A stretch of 64,000 bases of DNA from an uncultured delta proteobacterium (GTDB lineage: Bacteria > Myxococcota > Kuafuiibacteriia > Kuafuiibacteriales > Kuafuiibacteriaceae): NCBI GenBank assembly GCA_963803435.1, contig CAWDML010000009.1, positions 832,001 to 896,000 on the forward strand, in the 5' to 3' direction. The position numbers and the translations under genes are program-made. Below the pieces are notes generated by a model. It did no database searches. It was not told the DNA's origin and worked only from the letters and a program-made list of their open reading frames with translations. Shown in pieces: positions 42,046-53,998 of this stretch; positions within the stretch are counted from its first letter, which is position 1, and each line of letters opens with the position of its first letter.

Positions 42046-43211
42046 TAGGGCGGAGGGGTCTGGTAGTTCACGTAGCGGAAGAGGTTGAAGGCCTGAATGA
42101 GGGCCCCTGCCAGCAGGTAGGTGGGCCAGAACACCCGGGTGCGGGCGCGCTCGGCCAAGAGGAGGAAGAGGGGAAAGCAGAAGAGCAGGTAACGCTCGAT
42201 GCCGTCGAGGGTCCCCGAGACGAGGTTGGTGGCGAACAGGGCCACGATGAGGAGGGCGTCGGGCCCATGGCGACGCCGCGCCGCGATCGCCGCGCCCACG
42301 CTGCCGGCCGTGAGACACGCGAGCTGAACGAAGCGCCGGATCGGGACGTACTCGCCCGAGAAGAGCGGCGTGAAGCGACCGAGGAAGCCGACCAGCGGAC
42401 CGACCGGCGAGCGCGGTTCCTGAGCCCACACCTTGCGATGGTGGAGGTAGAGGAGCGGATCGCCAAACTGGATCCAGGTGTAGACGCCGTACGAGGCGCA
42501 GCCCGCGACGGCGGCGATCGCCGGCAGGAACACGCCGAGCGATCGGTCGCCGCTCCGCCGACGCAAGAGCGCGAGGAGGAGCAGGGCCGGCGCCAGCACC
42601 AGCCCGTGGATGCGCGTGGCCCCCGCCAGGAACGCCAGCAGGGCGGCACGCTTCGAGTGGCCGCGCTCCGCCAGGATGAAGGCACCCAGCGTCAGGAGGA
42701 GGAAGAGGGACTCCGCGTAGATCGCGCCGAGGATGTACGCGGTGGGGAAGAACAGGAGCGCGACGCCGGGGGCGAACACGAGGGCCTCGGGGAGGCCGCG
42801 CATCCGCGCGAGGATCACGAGGAGCCAGAGCGAGCCGAGCAGCGACAGGCGCGAGATCCACAGCGCCGCCGGGGCGAAGTCGAGCGGCGTGATCCACCAG
42901 AGCGCGCGGATCGCGAGCGGGTAGACGGGAAAGAAGCCGACGCTGGCGGTCTTCTCGGGGTTGCCCGGATCATAGCGGTAGCCGTTCTCGGCGATCCGCA
43001 GGTACCAGTTGGCATCCCAGCGCGACCAGCGGTTCTGCGTCGAGATCTGATCGTATCGCCAGCGCGTCTCGGGTACCACGCGAAGCTCGCGGATCGAGGC
43101 TTCACCGATCAGGTTCGTGACCAGCAGGAATCCGAGCCAGAGCGCGGTGACGCGAGCCAGATCGCGGACATGCGGCCGCTTGCTCAAGCGCGAGAGGAGG
43201 CCGTCCGCCAC
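42045..43211 (-). CDS. PIG-V-like mannosyltransferase (GT-C)
   Basis: RWDANWYLRIAENGY, FFPVYP, YAESLFL, ATRIHG, RYLLFCFPLF. Confidence 0.85.
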   Translation of the reverse strand: MADGLLSRLSKRPHVRDLARVTALWLGFLLVTNLIGEASIRELRVVPETRWRYDQISTQNRWSRWDANWYLRIAENGYRYDPGNPEKTASVGFFPVYPLAIRALWWITPLDFAPAALWISRLSLLGSLWLLVILARMRGLPEALVFAPGVALLFFPTAYILGAIYAESLFLLLTLGAFILAERGHSKRAALLAFLAGATRIHGLVLAPALLLLALLRRRSGDRSLGVFLPAIAAVAGCASYGVYTWIQFGDPLLYLHHRKVWAQEPRSPVGPLVGFLGRFTPLFSGEYVPIRRFVQLACLTAGSVGAAIAARRRHGPDALLIVALFATNLVSGTLDGIERYLLFCFPLFLLLAERARTRVFWPTYLLAGALIQAFNLFRYVNYQTPPP

Positions 43212-43275
43212 GAAAGGTGAGATATCAGCATTCTTGACCCTGTGCGATCCGCTGCGGCAAGGGCGATCGGGAGCG

Positions 43276-44322
43276 GTGCCAGCGACGCATCACGTCTTTC
43301 TCATTCCGGGCTTCTTCGGGTTCACCGAGCTCGGTGCGTTCGAGTACTGGGGGCACGTCCGGACGCTCCTGCTCGAGCTGGGGATCGAGCACGGCGTCGA
43401 CGTGGTGGTGACCGCGGTCGGATCGCACCCCACGTCCTCGCTCCTGGTCCGCGCCGAGCGGCTCGCCGAGGTGATCCGTGAGAAGGCGGCGGAGGACGCG
43501 GTGATCGATCTGGTGGGCCACTCGAGCGGCGGGCTCGACGCGCGGCTCCTGGTCGCGCCGGGGGTCGAGCTGGGCGGCGCCGTCGAGGATGTGGCGAGCC
43601 GCGTGCGAAGCGTGATCACGATTGCGACGCCCCACCGCGGGACACCGCTGGCCTCGTTCTTCTCCAAGCTCTCGGGACCGCGCCTCCTGGGGGCGGCCGC
43701 GCGGATCTTGGGACGGACCCTCGGGTTCCGGCGCGCGCGGGCCGAGGATCTCCCGCCGGACGCGCGCGCGCAGCTGTCGAGATTCCTCGGCGAGGTGGGC
43801 AAGGATCAGGCGCTGGTCGCCCAGCTGACGCCGGAGTCGATGGCGCTCTTCAACGCGACGGCGCGCGATCGCGCCAGCGTGCGGTACGCGTCGGTGCTCG
43901 CGAAGGTCCCGGGCTCCCGCTTGGGCGTCCGCGGTCCGATCTCGGCGGCCAACCGTGCAATCTTCGCGCTGATGCACCAGCTGAGCGCGCGCGACGGCGA
44001 GAGCGACGGCGTGGTACCCGCCGCGTCTCAGGTCTGGGGCGAGGTGCTGTTCGACGGCGCCGCCGATCACCTCGACGTGCTGGGACACTTCGATGGAGGG
44101 CCCACCCACCTCGACTGGTTCGCCTCCGGAAGCACGTTCACGCGGATGGAGTTCGAGCATCTCTGGCGGCGCGTGTTCGAGCTGGTCGTGGAGGAGGTCC
44201 GAGCCGACGAACAGAGGGCTCACGCATCGCGCCGCCGGCGCTTGCGTCGCTTCCGGGCCGCGATCGCGCTGGGTGCGCTCACGGTGGTGCTCGGCTCGCT
44301 CGCGCTGTGGGCGATCCGGTAG
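43276..44322 (+). CDS. alpha/beta hydrolase (lipase family) with C-terminal TM anchor
   Basis: LIPGFFGF, nucleophile GHSSGG, TIATPHRGT, SDGVVP, DHLDVLGHF. Confidence 0.88.
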   Translation: MPATHHVFLIPGFFGFTELGAFEYWGHVRTLLLELGIEHGVDVVVTAVGSHPTSSLLVRAERLAEVIREKAAEDAVIDLVGHSSGGLDARLLVAPGVELGGAVEDVASRVRSVITIATPHRGTPLASFFSKLSGPRLLGAAARILGRTLGFRRARAEDLPPDARAQLSRFLGEVGKDQALVAQLTPESMALFNATARDRASVRYASVLAKVPGSRLGVRGPISAANRAIFALMHQLSARDGESDGVVPAASQVWGEVLFDGAADHLDVLGHFDGGPTHLDWFASGSTFTRMEFEHLWRRVFELVVEEVRADEQRAHASRRRRLRRFRAAIALGALTVVLGSLALWAIR

Positions 44323-44392
44323 GCCCAAATCGTTCATTGCGTGGATCGCGCTTGGCGGGTGGACCCAGGCTGGGCTACAGCTCGACGACCTG

Positions 44393-45457
44393 ATGAGCTC
44401 GAAGACGCCCTGGTGGGACGGCAAGGACGTGGCTCGGATCGGCGAGTACGCGCCGGCCGAGCTCAGCACCGCGAAGCTGCAGATGCTGGTCGACGCGCTT
44501 CGCGACGGTGGGCACCCGGTCTCCGAGTACGACGCCGACGGCACCACCGATCGGACGCTGGACCAGCTCACCGGAAAGTTCGTGGACCTGGGCGCGCGGA
44601 TCGTGGAGCGCAACACCTCGGATCGCGGGGAGAGCGGCGGCGCGATCGCGGTCTGGGACGCGGGCATCGTCTTCGTACGCCGGTATCAGAAGGGCGCCGC
44701 CATCTCCTTCGCGCTGCGGAACGCCGAGCTCTTCGATGCGTGCGTCGCGGTGACCGAGGCCGCCCTCGAGAAGCACCGCCAGGGAGACGTCTTCACGCTG
44801 ACCGGAGACGGCGGGCCGCTCGAGCTGCGCCGCATCGGGAACGCCGGGCTCCCGCTCGAGCGCCTGAACTACCAGCAGGAGATCCTCCAGAAGTACGATC
44901 GCGCGGTCGGTGGTCTCGCCTCGAGCGAGCCGCACGGGCGGCTGGTGATCGTCGACGGTCCACCCGGCGTGGGAAAGACATACATGGTGCGGGGCATGCT
45001 GCAGGAGGTGCCGCACACCACCTTCCTGCTGATCCCGGCCTCCATGATCGACGACATCACCGGCCCCGGTCTGTTGCCAGCGCTCCTCGACGCCCGCGAC
45101 TCGCCCTATGATGGCGGCCCGAAGCGCCTGGTCCTGGTGGTCGAGGATGCGGACGCGGCGCTGGTGCCCCGGGCCTCCGACAACGTGGCGTTGATCAGCG
45201 CACTCTTGAACCTCGGTGACGGGATCCTGGGACACACGCTCGACCTCAGGTTGATCGTCACGACCAACGCGAAGAGCGTCGACATCGATCCGGCGCTGGT
45301 CCGCCCCGGACGGCTCCTCGAGCGGATCGCGATCGGACCGCTCCCGCCCCAGGAGTCGTCGATGGTGTACGAGCGGATCACCGGCAAGAGGGATCCGGCG
45401 CCGCGCCGCTCGACGCTGGCAGAGCTCTACGCGCGGGCCGAGGCCGATCGGATCTAG
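44393..45457 (+). CDS. stand-alone AAA+ ATPase
   Basis: GPPGVGKT, VVEDAD, LLNLGDG, VTTN, DPALVRPGR. Confidence 0.85.
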   Translation: MSSKTPWWDGKDVARIGEYAPAELSTAKLQMLVDALRDGGHPVSEYDADGTTDRTLDQLTGKFVDLGARIVERNTSDRGESGGAIAVWDAGIVFVRRYQKGAAISFALRNAELFDACVAVTEAALEKHRQGDVFTLTGDGGPLELRRIGNAGLPLERLNYQQEILQKYDRAVGGLASSEPHGRLVIVDGPPGVGKTYMVRGMLQEVPHTTFLLIPASMIDDITGPGLLPALLDARDSPYDGGPKRLVLVVEDADAALVPRASDNVALISALLNLGDGILGHTLDLRLIVTTNAKSVDIDPALVRPGRLLERIAIGPLPPQESSMVYERITGKRDPAPRRSTLAELYARAEADRI

Positions 45458-45486
45458 GAGCGTGTAGCGCGTAGCGCTACCGCGAG

Positions 45487-45522
45487 CCCGGTCCGGGTCC
45501 CGGTCCCGGTCCCGGTCCCGAT
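45487..45522 (+). repeat. hexamer tandem repeat (CCCGGT-like x6)
   Basis: CCCGGT CCGGGT CCCGGT CCCGGT CCCGGT CCCGAT. Confidence 0.9.
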
Positions 45523-45527
45523 GGCGA

Positions 45528-45765
45528 TCATGCAGCCCGGCGTGCGTTCATCGACTTGATGAGGCGCGTGAGCCTCTCGACAACGCGCTTGAGCTTGGCT
45601 CTGGCGGCTTGGACCTTCTGCTCGTTGGGGAGTCGGCGCCTCGAGCAGGTGTGGAGTGAGGCGGCGCTTTCGGTGCCAGAGTTCTTGTGCGATCTCTTCA
45701 GCGATGTCGGCCTACTCGACGGCGAGCTGGTAGACCTCGAGCTTCTCGTGATCGAAAGTGACCAT
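45528..45765 (-). pseudogene. four-helix-bundle (23S rRNA-intervening-sequence protein-like) remnant
   Basis: MVTFDHEKLEVYQLAVE followed by a premature TAG; C-terminal helix ARAKLKRVVERLTRLIKS in another frame; middle part missing. Confidence 0.7.
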
Positions 45766-45884
45766 GCAAGCTAGCTTGCGGTAGCTCGTCCACTTTGACC
45801 AGCAGAAGTTCTTGGAGGTCGTTTCGTCTGGAATCGATCGTTGGGCGGATCGACTTCGACGCCTGGACTTGATCCCATGGTTTC

Positions 45885-46523
45885 GTGGCGAAGCAATACC
45901 GTTCTTGGACTCCGAGACAATCGTTCTTGCTCCCGCCGTCCCCTCTCGAGTGGTTTCGGCTCGTCCACCTGGAGGCACTGAAAGCGCTCTTCCTCGAAGC
46001 CCTGAAGCTTTGCCAGAAAGCAGGTTTGGTGCGGCTCGGACACGTCGCACTCGATGGCTCGAAGGTGCAGGCGAACGCGAGCAAGCACAAGGCGATGACC
46101 TACGACCGGATGGCCGAGGAGGAGAAGCGGCTGTCTCTCGAGATGACGGCAGACAACGGCTATCTGAGCGCGACCAACATCGAGTTCTGCGACAACAATC
46201 AGATCGATGCCCACATCGCTGTTGGACGCGAACAGAACCAAGACGCGTCGACTCCGTCCTCATCAGCTTCGGAGCCCACACCTGCCTCGCTCGCTCGCAA
46301 GCGAATGCGAGACAAGTTGCAAACGCGCGACGGCAAGGCGGTCTACGCCCGCAGGAAGAGTATCGTCGAACCGGCGCTCGGACAGATCAAAGGGGCACGA
46401 GGATTCCGCCGGTTCTCGCTCCGCTCCTTCTTCAAGGTACGAGCCGAGTGGACGCTCGTCTGCCTCACCCACAACCTGCTCAAGCTCTACCGATCGAAGC
46501 TCGCGACCGTCGCGAGCGTCTGA
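45885..46523 (+). pseudogene. IS1182-family transposase with internal in-frame deletions
   Basis: QSFLLPPS, ALDGSKVQANASKHKAM, ADNGY, YARRKSIVEP..GQIK..RGFRRFSLR, EWTLVCLTHNLLKL in only 212 aa. Confidence 0.85.
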
Positions 46524-46543
46524 CTCAAGGCAGCCATCTTCAG

Positions 46544-46609
46544 ATCGGGACCCGGACCGGGATCGGGACCCGGACCGGGATCGGGACCCGGACCGGGACC
46601 CGGACCGGG
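46544..46609 (+). repeat. hexamer tandem repeat (ACCGGG/ATCGGG/ACCCGG x11), inverse of the 45487 array
   Basis: Directly visible; includes an 18-bp higher-order unit ATCGGGACCCGGACCGGG x3. Confidence 0.9.
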
Positions 46610-46713
46610 GTCGCGTGAGCGCTTACGCGCTACACGCTCCTAGTCGAGAGCCGGATCCTTACGGAGCCGAGGCTGCACCGGCAACGATCCGATCGAGCTC
46701 GGTCCGTCATGGG

Positions 46714-47277
46714 CTACGCCCGGCCGCGGCTCTGGCCGGTGGTGACGCCGCCGGCGATCAGGTGGGCGAGGCGCAGGGGCTCGGGCAGGTTCCCGTGGAG
46801 CGTGGTCAGCTTGAGGAGCGCCTTGGTGTCGGCCAGCTCGATCCCGGCGCGCTGCACGAATACGCTGCGGATCGGCTCCATCGGGCCGAGGCGCTCGATC
46901 AGCTTCCACTTCTGCTTGCCGCCCTGGAGATGGGAGAGGGCGCGCTGGATGGCGGCGAAGTCGGGTTGCCGGCGAGCGACCGCGACCACCGGGATGCCGA
47001 GGGTCTCGTGGAGGCGGTGGAGGTCGATGACGTTGAAGCCAGCGACCGCGATGCCTTGGAGGAGGACCGCGCGGATGTGGCCGGTGAACTGCGTGCGTCC
47101 GATCAGCTGGACGATGCGGTCGGTGGCGTTGGTGCCGTCGCGGCGGACGCGCGTGGAGATGACGCCGTCGAGGCGCGTGCGGGAGACGACGGTGCCGACG
47201 AGGAGGACGTCGCCGCGGTGGGTGCGGGCGAAGGGCGCGTCGTCGAAGCCGACGACGTTCGTGATCGGCGGGGCCAC
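46714..47277 (-). CDS. DUF99 / endonuclease dU-like protein (endonuclease V fold)
   Basis: VVGFDDAPF, DGTNATD, LLQGIAVAGFNVIDL, PEPLRLAHLIA. Confidence 0.88.
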   Translation of the reverse strand: MAPPITNVVGFDDAPFARTHRGDVLLVGTVVSRTRLDGVISTRVRRDGTNATDRIVQLIGRTQFTGHIRAVLLQGIAVAGFNVIDLHRLHETLGIPVVAVARRQPDFAAIQRALSHLQGGKQKWKLIERLGPMEPIRSVFVQRAGIELADTKALLKLTTLHGNLPEPLRLAHLIAGGVTTGQSRGRA

Positions 47278-47289
47278 GGCCCCGGTCTA

Positions 47290-48285
47290 TCAGCCATTCG
47301 CCGGGACGACCATGGAGAGCTCGAAGCGGCCGCCGAACGTCGGGCTCGGATCGTAGAGATTGCCGGTCTTGTCGTCGACCAAGAACTTCCGGTTCTGGCC
47401 GTCCTCCGATCCGGGATCTTGGTACGTGTAGAAGACGCGGCCCTGATCGTCGACGCCCTTGCCGGTGACGACCACGAAGTGATCGGTGATGCCCTCGTTG
47501 TAATCGGCGTCCTTGTACGAGACGCCGACCGTCACGGGCTTGCCGGCCTTGAGCTGCTGGTCGATGAAGCTGGTGGCCTGCTGGGCCTTGCCGAGATCGA
47601 CATCGACGGTCCCGTCTTTCTCCTCGCCGGTGGCGACCTGGATCCGGTCGTCGATGTTGGTGGGCTGATCGAAGCCGGCGGCCTTCATCATGGCCCGGCA
47701 CGCGCGATAGCAGGCGTCGTCCCCGGCCCGCTCCACCAGCTGGCTGTTCATCTGGCTGATCCAGGGCGCGTCGGCCTCGAGCTGCGTCCCGGGCGGCGCG
47801 TCGACCTTCATGGGGCTGCCGCCACCCATCGGAGCGCCCGTGCTGCTGTTGCTGGGGGCCACGCTGGTCCCGCTGCCGCTTCCGCCGTTGCCGCTGCCCC
47901 CGCTCGGGCTCCAGCTGGTGTTGGTGGGCTGGAAGTTCGTCGGCGAGCGGAGCTGTCCGACCGACTGCGACTTCTTGTTCGCGTCGGGACCGCCGCTCTG
48001 GATCCAATCGATCAGCATCTGCAGCATGTCCATCGCGGACATGCCGTTCAGGCCCTTGAAGTCGGGGCGCGCCAGCCCGTTCATGTCGCCGCCCGACTGG
48101 TTCAGCATCTGCATCAGCCGGCGCAGCTCGTCCTTCGAGTCGACCGTGTCGCCGAGCTCCTTCTGATGCGTGCGGAGGACCTGCGCGACCTGATCCGGCA
48201 GGTCCTCCGGCCGAAGCTCGAGGCCCTGCATGAAGGGATCGAGGTCGAGGAACGGGCTCGTGCCGAGGGAGGCGGATCGGACCAT
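47290..48285 (-). CDS. protein with low-complexity N-terminus and C39-like papain-fold peptidase domain
   Basis: PWISQ, ACYRAC, QLKAGKPVTVGV, DHFVVVTG, YQDPG; Ser/Gly linker; no signal peptide. Confidence 0.7.
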   Translation of the reverse strand: MVRSASLGTSPFLDLDPFMQGLELRPEDLPDQVAQVLRTHQKELGDTVDSKDELRRLMQMLNQSGGDMNGLARPDFKGLNGMSAMDMLQMLIDWIQSGGPDANKKSQSVGQLRSPTNFQPTNTSWSPSGGSGNGGSGSGTSVAPSNSSTGAPMGGGSPMKVDAPPGTQLEADAPWISQMNSQLVERAGDDACYRACRAMMKAAGFDQPTNIDDRIQVATGEEKDGTVDVDLGKAQQATSFIDQQLKAGKPVTVGVSYKDADYNEGITDHFVVVTGKGVDDQGRVFYTYQDPGSEDGQNRKFLVDDKTGNLYDPSPTFGGRFELSMVVPANG

Positions 48286-48366
48286 CAGGCTACGATAGCG
48301 ATGGGTTCGGAGACCGGCACTTACGGAGCGGCGGTAAGGGCGTAGGGGTGGTGGTAACCTGCCGGC

Positions 48367-50157
48367 GTGCTCCGTAAGGCCGAGGCGATCGGAAACGCGC
48401 TGTTCACACTCGGTGCGCTGTTGCTGCCGCTCGGGATCGGCGCAGCGGCCGGCTACTGGATCGCGGATCGCGGCGTGCGATGGGTCCCCGACACGCTCGC
48501 CGGTCTCCTGCTCGTCTGGTTCCTCGGGTTCGTCGCGATGCTCGCCGGGAGCATGCTCGCGGGTCCGATCTCGGGCGCGACGGCGAAGCGGAAGCGGATC
48601 GTCGTGCTCTTCGCGCTGGCGATGTTGGTGGTGGCGGCGCGGATCGGCGTCTATGAGGCGTCGAAGCCCACGCCGCTGGCGGCGAAGAGCCCGGCCGAGT
48701 TCGCCCGGCTGTTCCAGGACGACGCCATCCAGTATCGCGATCTCGATCGGACGCTCGACGGCTCGATGCGTGCCCTCGAGTCGCTGCTCCCGGCGGAGGG
48801 CGTGCTAGCTGCAGATCACGAGGACGCGGCGGTGGAAGCGTTCTCCGGCTGGGTGGACTCTGCGTTTGCGCTCGATCAGATCCGCGCGTTCTATGAGGAT
48901 TACTATCGGCTCGATCTGTCGCGGCTCGAGCGCCACCGTCACGTCGCCAGCTTCCTGCTCACCTTTGCGGCCGAGCTGGCGCTCTTCGAGCACGCGGGCA
49001 GGTTGACGGCGGCCGTCGATCGAAATCCGAACGCCGCCAAGTTCCTCGACCTGCCGCGCCCTTCGCGGCACCTGGCGCGGGAGAGCTTCACGAGCGTGAA
49101 GGAGCAGCTCGCCGGCGTCACCGATCTCTCCCGAGTCATGGCCGGAAAGCGCTACCTGGCGTACCTCGCCGGGCTCCACGACGCCGACGTCGAGATGGAG
49201 ACCTCGGGCCTCGGCTGGCTCTGGCGCGACGTCGAGGATCGGCTGGGACGGCTCGAGGAGAAGAACGCGGCGCTCCTCGCCGTCGACTCGGTGACCCGCG
49301 ACTTCGGCCCGCTCGAGAAGGGCGTCAAGCACCTCACGTTCCCCGTGCAGAAGGACGTCGCCGAGTGGATGGGCGACACGCGCGTGAGGCGCATCGGCCA
49401 TTATCTGATCGGAGAGGATCTGCAAGCCGAGTTGCGAAAGCGCGCCCGCCCCGGCGACATCCTGCTCGCCCGCAAGAACTGGTACCTCTCGAACGTGGGC
49501 CTCCCGGGGTTCTGGCCGCACGCGTTCATCTACGTGGGGAGCGAGAAGGAGCTGGCCGCGGCGTTCGACGCCGACGAGGGCGTCTTGGCATGGCTCCAGA
49601 AGGAGACGGGCGAGGCCATCACGTTCACCGCCTATCTGGCGCGCCGGTTCCCGACGGCCTGGCGCGAGCGCAACACGCCCTCTACGCAGCACGGCGAGCT
49701 CCTCACCATCGAGGCGATCTCCGAGGGCGTCTCGCAGAGCGACTTCCACGCCACGGTGGGCGACTACGTGGCCGCGCTCCGCCCGAATCTTCCCGAGGTG
49801 ACCAAGGCGAAGGCGATCGCGCGGGCGTTCGCGTTCCTGGGCCGGCCCTACGACTTCGACTTCGACTTCGCGACGGATGACGCCCTGGTCTGCACCGAGC
49901 TGGTCTGGCGCTGCTACCGCACGCAGGAGGGGGAGCTCGGCCTGGCGCTCCCGCCGAGCTGGATTGCCGGGCGCCTGACGCTCCCCGCCAACACCTTCGC
50001 CCAGGTCTACCGGGACGAGCGCGGCACCGTCGCGCCCCAGCTCGAGCTCGTGATCTTCATCGAAGGACGCGAGCGCGAGCGCGACGCCGTGTTGTCGACC
50101 GAAGAGGCGTTCGTCGCCACGGTCGACCGCTCCAAGTGGGACTTCGGCCAGGAATAG
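48367..50157 (+). CDS. membrane-anchored permuted papain-like amidase (YiiX/YebB family)
   Basis: Three N-terminal TM helices; PGDILL, WPHAFIY, IEAISEGV, GRPYDFDF, LVCTELV (His before Cys). Confidence 0.82.
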   Translation: MLRKAEAIGNALFTLGALLLPLGIGAAAGYWIADRGVRWVPDTLAGLLLVWFLGFVAMLAGSMLAGPISGATAKRKRIVVLFALAMLVVAARIGVYEASKPTPLAAKSPAEFARLFQDDAIQYRDLDRTLDGSMRALESLLPAEGVLAADHEDAAVEAFSGWVDSAFALDQIRAFYEDYYRLDLSRLERHRHVASFLLTFAAELALFEHAGRLTAAVDRNPNAAKFLDLPRPSRHLARESFTSVKEQLAGVTDLSRVMAGKRYLAYLAGLHDADVEMETSGLGWLWRDVEDRLGRLEEKNAALLAVDSVTRDFGPLEKGVKHLTFPVQKDVAEWMGDTRVRRIGHYLIGEDLQAELRKRARPGDILLARKNWYLSNVGLPGFWPHAFIYVGSEKELAAAFDADEGVLAWLQKETGEAITFTAYLARRFPTAWRERNTPSTQHGELLTIEAISEGVSQSDFHATVGDYVAALRPNLPEVTKAKAIARAFAFLGRPYDFDFDFATDDALVCTELVWRCYRTQEGELGLALPPSWIAGRLTLPANTFAQVYRDERGTVAPQLELVIFIEGRERERDAVLSTEEAFVATVDRSKWDFGQE

Positions 50158-50239
50158 GGCGCGAACGGGTTGCGGGCAAATCCCTTGTTCGGCGGGCGGT
50201 CTTCCGGGATAGACTGGCGGCCCGTCCGCGGCGGAACCC

Positions 50240-51331
50240 ATGAATCGCGTCGCCGCATCCGAAGCCGACCAGCTCACGGTCGCGCGCGCCCTGGTGGGGC
50301 AAGAGACGCTCGCCGCCGCCGAGGGCGTCGTGCGGCGGTGGAGAAACATGCCGGCGGCGGCGCGGTACAAGGGGAAGATTGGACCCACGGCCATGCGGCT
50401 GATGCAGGGCACGCTGGCGAAGGGTGCGGTCCTGCAGCTGGCGCGGCGCGGCGGCTGGCGGACGCTCCGGTTCCTCGAGGAGGGCGCGCCCGTTCGCGGC
50501 CGCATGTGGGAACGACATCGGCCCGGACCGATCCGGTTCTCCGCGTTCGCGATGCTTCTGGTCAGGTGGTTGACCGAGGCGCCGATCGCCCGGACCGACT
50601 GTCCGATCCTCGAGGCGATCCCGGAGACCCCGGGCGACGAGCTGTTGATGTACCTGGCTGTGGATCTGTGCCGCAAGATGGATTGCGGAGACACGCTCGC
50701 CAAGCAGGCGGCGTTCCGGCGCTCCGGTCTGGTGTGGCTCGGCTATCCCGACGTCCTCGCGCACCACGGCGTGGGCGTACCCGAGCCGCGGATGTTCGAG
50801 CGCCTGCTCGAGCCGGACGCGGTGGTGCTGCTCGAGGCGTTGACCCCGGATCTGACGGAACGCTGGACACAGATCGAGATGAAGAAGCGCGGGGTGGTGA
50901 GCGCGCAGGAGATGATCCGGCTCGGCGGGACGCAGGCGGCGGTCGCGCACGGGTTTCTGTCGGCGCTCGACAAGTATCACCGGCGCGATCTCGCCCAGTG
51001 CCTGCTGCGCGCCGCTGCGCGCGTGCTCGAGAAGAGCGAGACGGCCGCCGATTGGGTGGGCCGCCTCGAGGCCAAGGGACGGATTGCGGACCGAGCCCGG
51101 GCGCGGAGCGCGGCGGCGGCGTTCTTGAAGTCGCTGGAGCTGCCCGCGCGCTGGGCGGAAGAGGCGCGCGCCGTCCGCTTCTTCGACGACGAGTACGACT
51201 CCGTCCAGCTCTATCTGGCCCTCTACGACGAGCTCTCGGATCGATCGATCGTACGGGCCCGCGCGATCGTGCGGGCGCTCGAGGCCCTCGACGTCGGCGT
51301 CGAGGAACAAGGCACGGGGGAAGCATCATGA
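50240..51331 (+). CDS. FtsH-ternary system accessory protein (fvmX6-like, alpha-helical)
   Basis: TLAKGAVLQLARRGGWR...GRMWER...FS and VRFFDDEY resemble the helical accessory domain as I recall it; first gene of a coupled operon. Confidence 0.65.
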   Translation: MNRVAASEADQLTVARALVGQETLAAAEGVVRRWRNMPAAARYKGKIGPTAMRLMQGTLAKGAVLQLARRGGWRTLRFLEEGAPVRGRMWERHRPGPIRFSAFAMLLVRWLTEAPIARTDCPILEAIPETPGDELLMYLAVDLCRKMDCGDTLAKQAAFRRSGLVWLGYPDVLAHHGVGVPEPRMFERLLEPDAVVLLEALTPDLTERWTQIEMKKRGVVSAQEMIRLGGTQAAVAHGFLSALDKYHRRDLAQCLLRAAARVLEKSETAADWVGRLEAKGRIADRARARSAAAAFLKSLELPARWAEEARAVRFFDDEYDSVQLYLALYDELSDRSIVRARAIVRALEALDVGVEEQGTGEAS

Positions 51332-51884
51332 GTCGCGCGTATCAGATCCAGATCAAGGAGTCGGTCCGAGAGCACATTCGCGTCCAGGACGGCGTCTCGT
51401 CGAGCCTCGAGCTGCTCGACCTCCTCCCGCCCGAGTCGATGGCCGAGATCCTGGCCCGAGCGCTGTCCGAGAAGGGCTTCGAACGGGACGGGTCGATCAT
51501 GCGGCGCGTCGACGAGGGCATCGAGGTCGAGATCGATCTCGAGAAGGGCACCGTCACCGCCCGTCTCAGCGCCGAGAAGGACGTCGACCTGACGGTGGAG
51601 CGCTCACGCGTGGTGGCCGAGGAGGTGGCCCAGCGCGAGACCGAGCGCCTGCGGGAGAACGTGAAGAAGGGGCTCGAGCGCGAGGTCGATGCCGAGCGCG
51701 AGCGGCTCACGGACGAGGTGGCGACGAAGCTCGAGAAGCATCTGGTCGGCCTGAGGAAGGAGCTCGATCAGGTGGTGAACCGGGTGACGGCCGAGGCGCT
51801 GAAGGCCAAGGCCGCTTCGATGGGCGAGATCGAGGAGATCACCGAGGATAGCGAGACAGGCTCGATCACGATCAAGGTGAAGGT

Positions 51885-51888
<4 letters not shown>
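51328..51888 (+). CDS. FtsH-ternary system accessory protein (fvmX5-like, coiled coil)
   Basis: MSRAYQIQIKES...LELLDLLPPESMAEIL...EALKAKAASMGEIEEI...GSITIKVKV; ATGA overlaps at both ends. Confidence 0.7.

Positions 51889-53990
<2,102 letters not shown>

Positions 53991-53998
<8 letters not shown>

Larger units (their letters stand above)
45458..46639. mobile_element. decayed IS1182-like element with long inverted ends, flanked by CTAG
   Basis: CTAG at 45454-45457 and 46640-46643; perfect 16-bp terminal inverted repeat GAGCGTGTAGCGCGTA extending imperfectly to ~60 bp; contains a transposase remnant. Confidence 0.8.

Noticed and set aside
37138-42048. 1636-aa ORF on the plus strand
   Set aside because: Arg/Ala/Gly-rich shadow frame overlapping three well-supported genes; typical of high-GC DNA. 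The same applies to other long antisense ORFs such as 3242-5737 and 13581-15824.
45487-46609. Repeat arrays as a possible CRISPR
   Set aside because: Units are 6-bp tandem repeats without unique spacers, and no cas genes are present.
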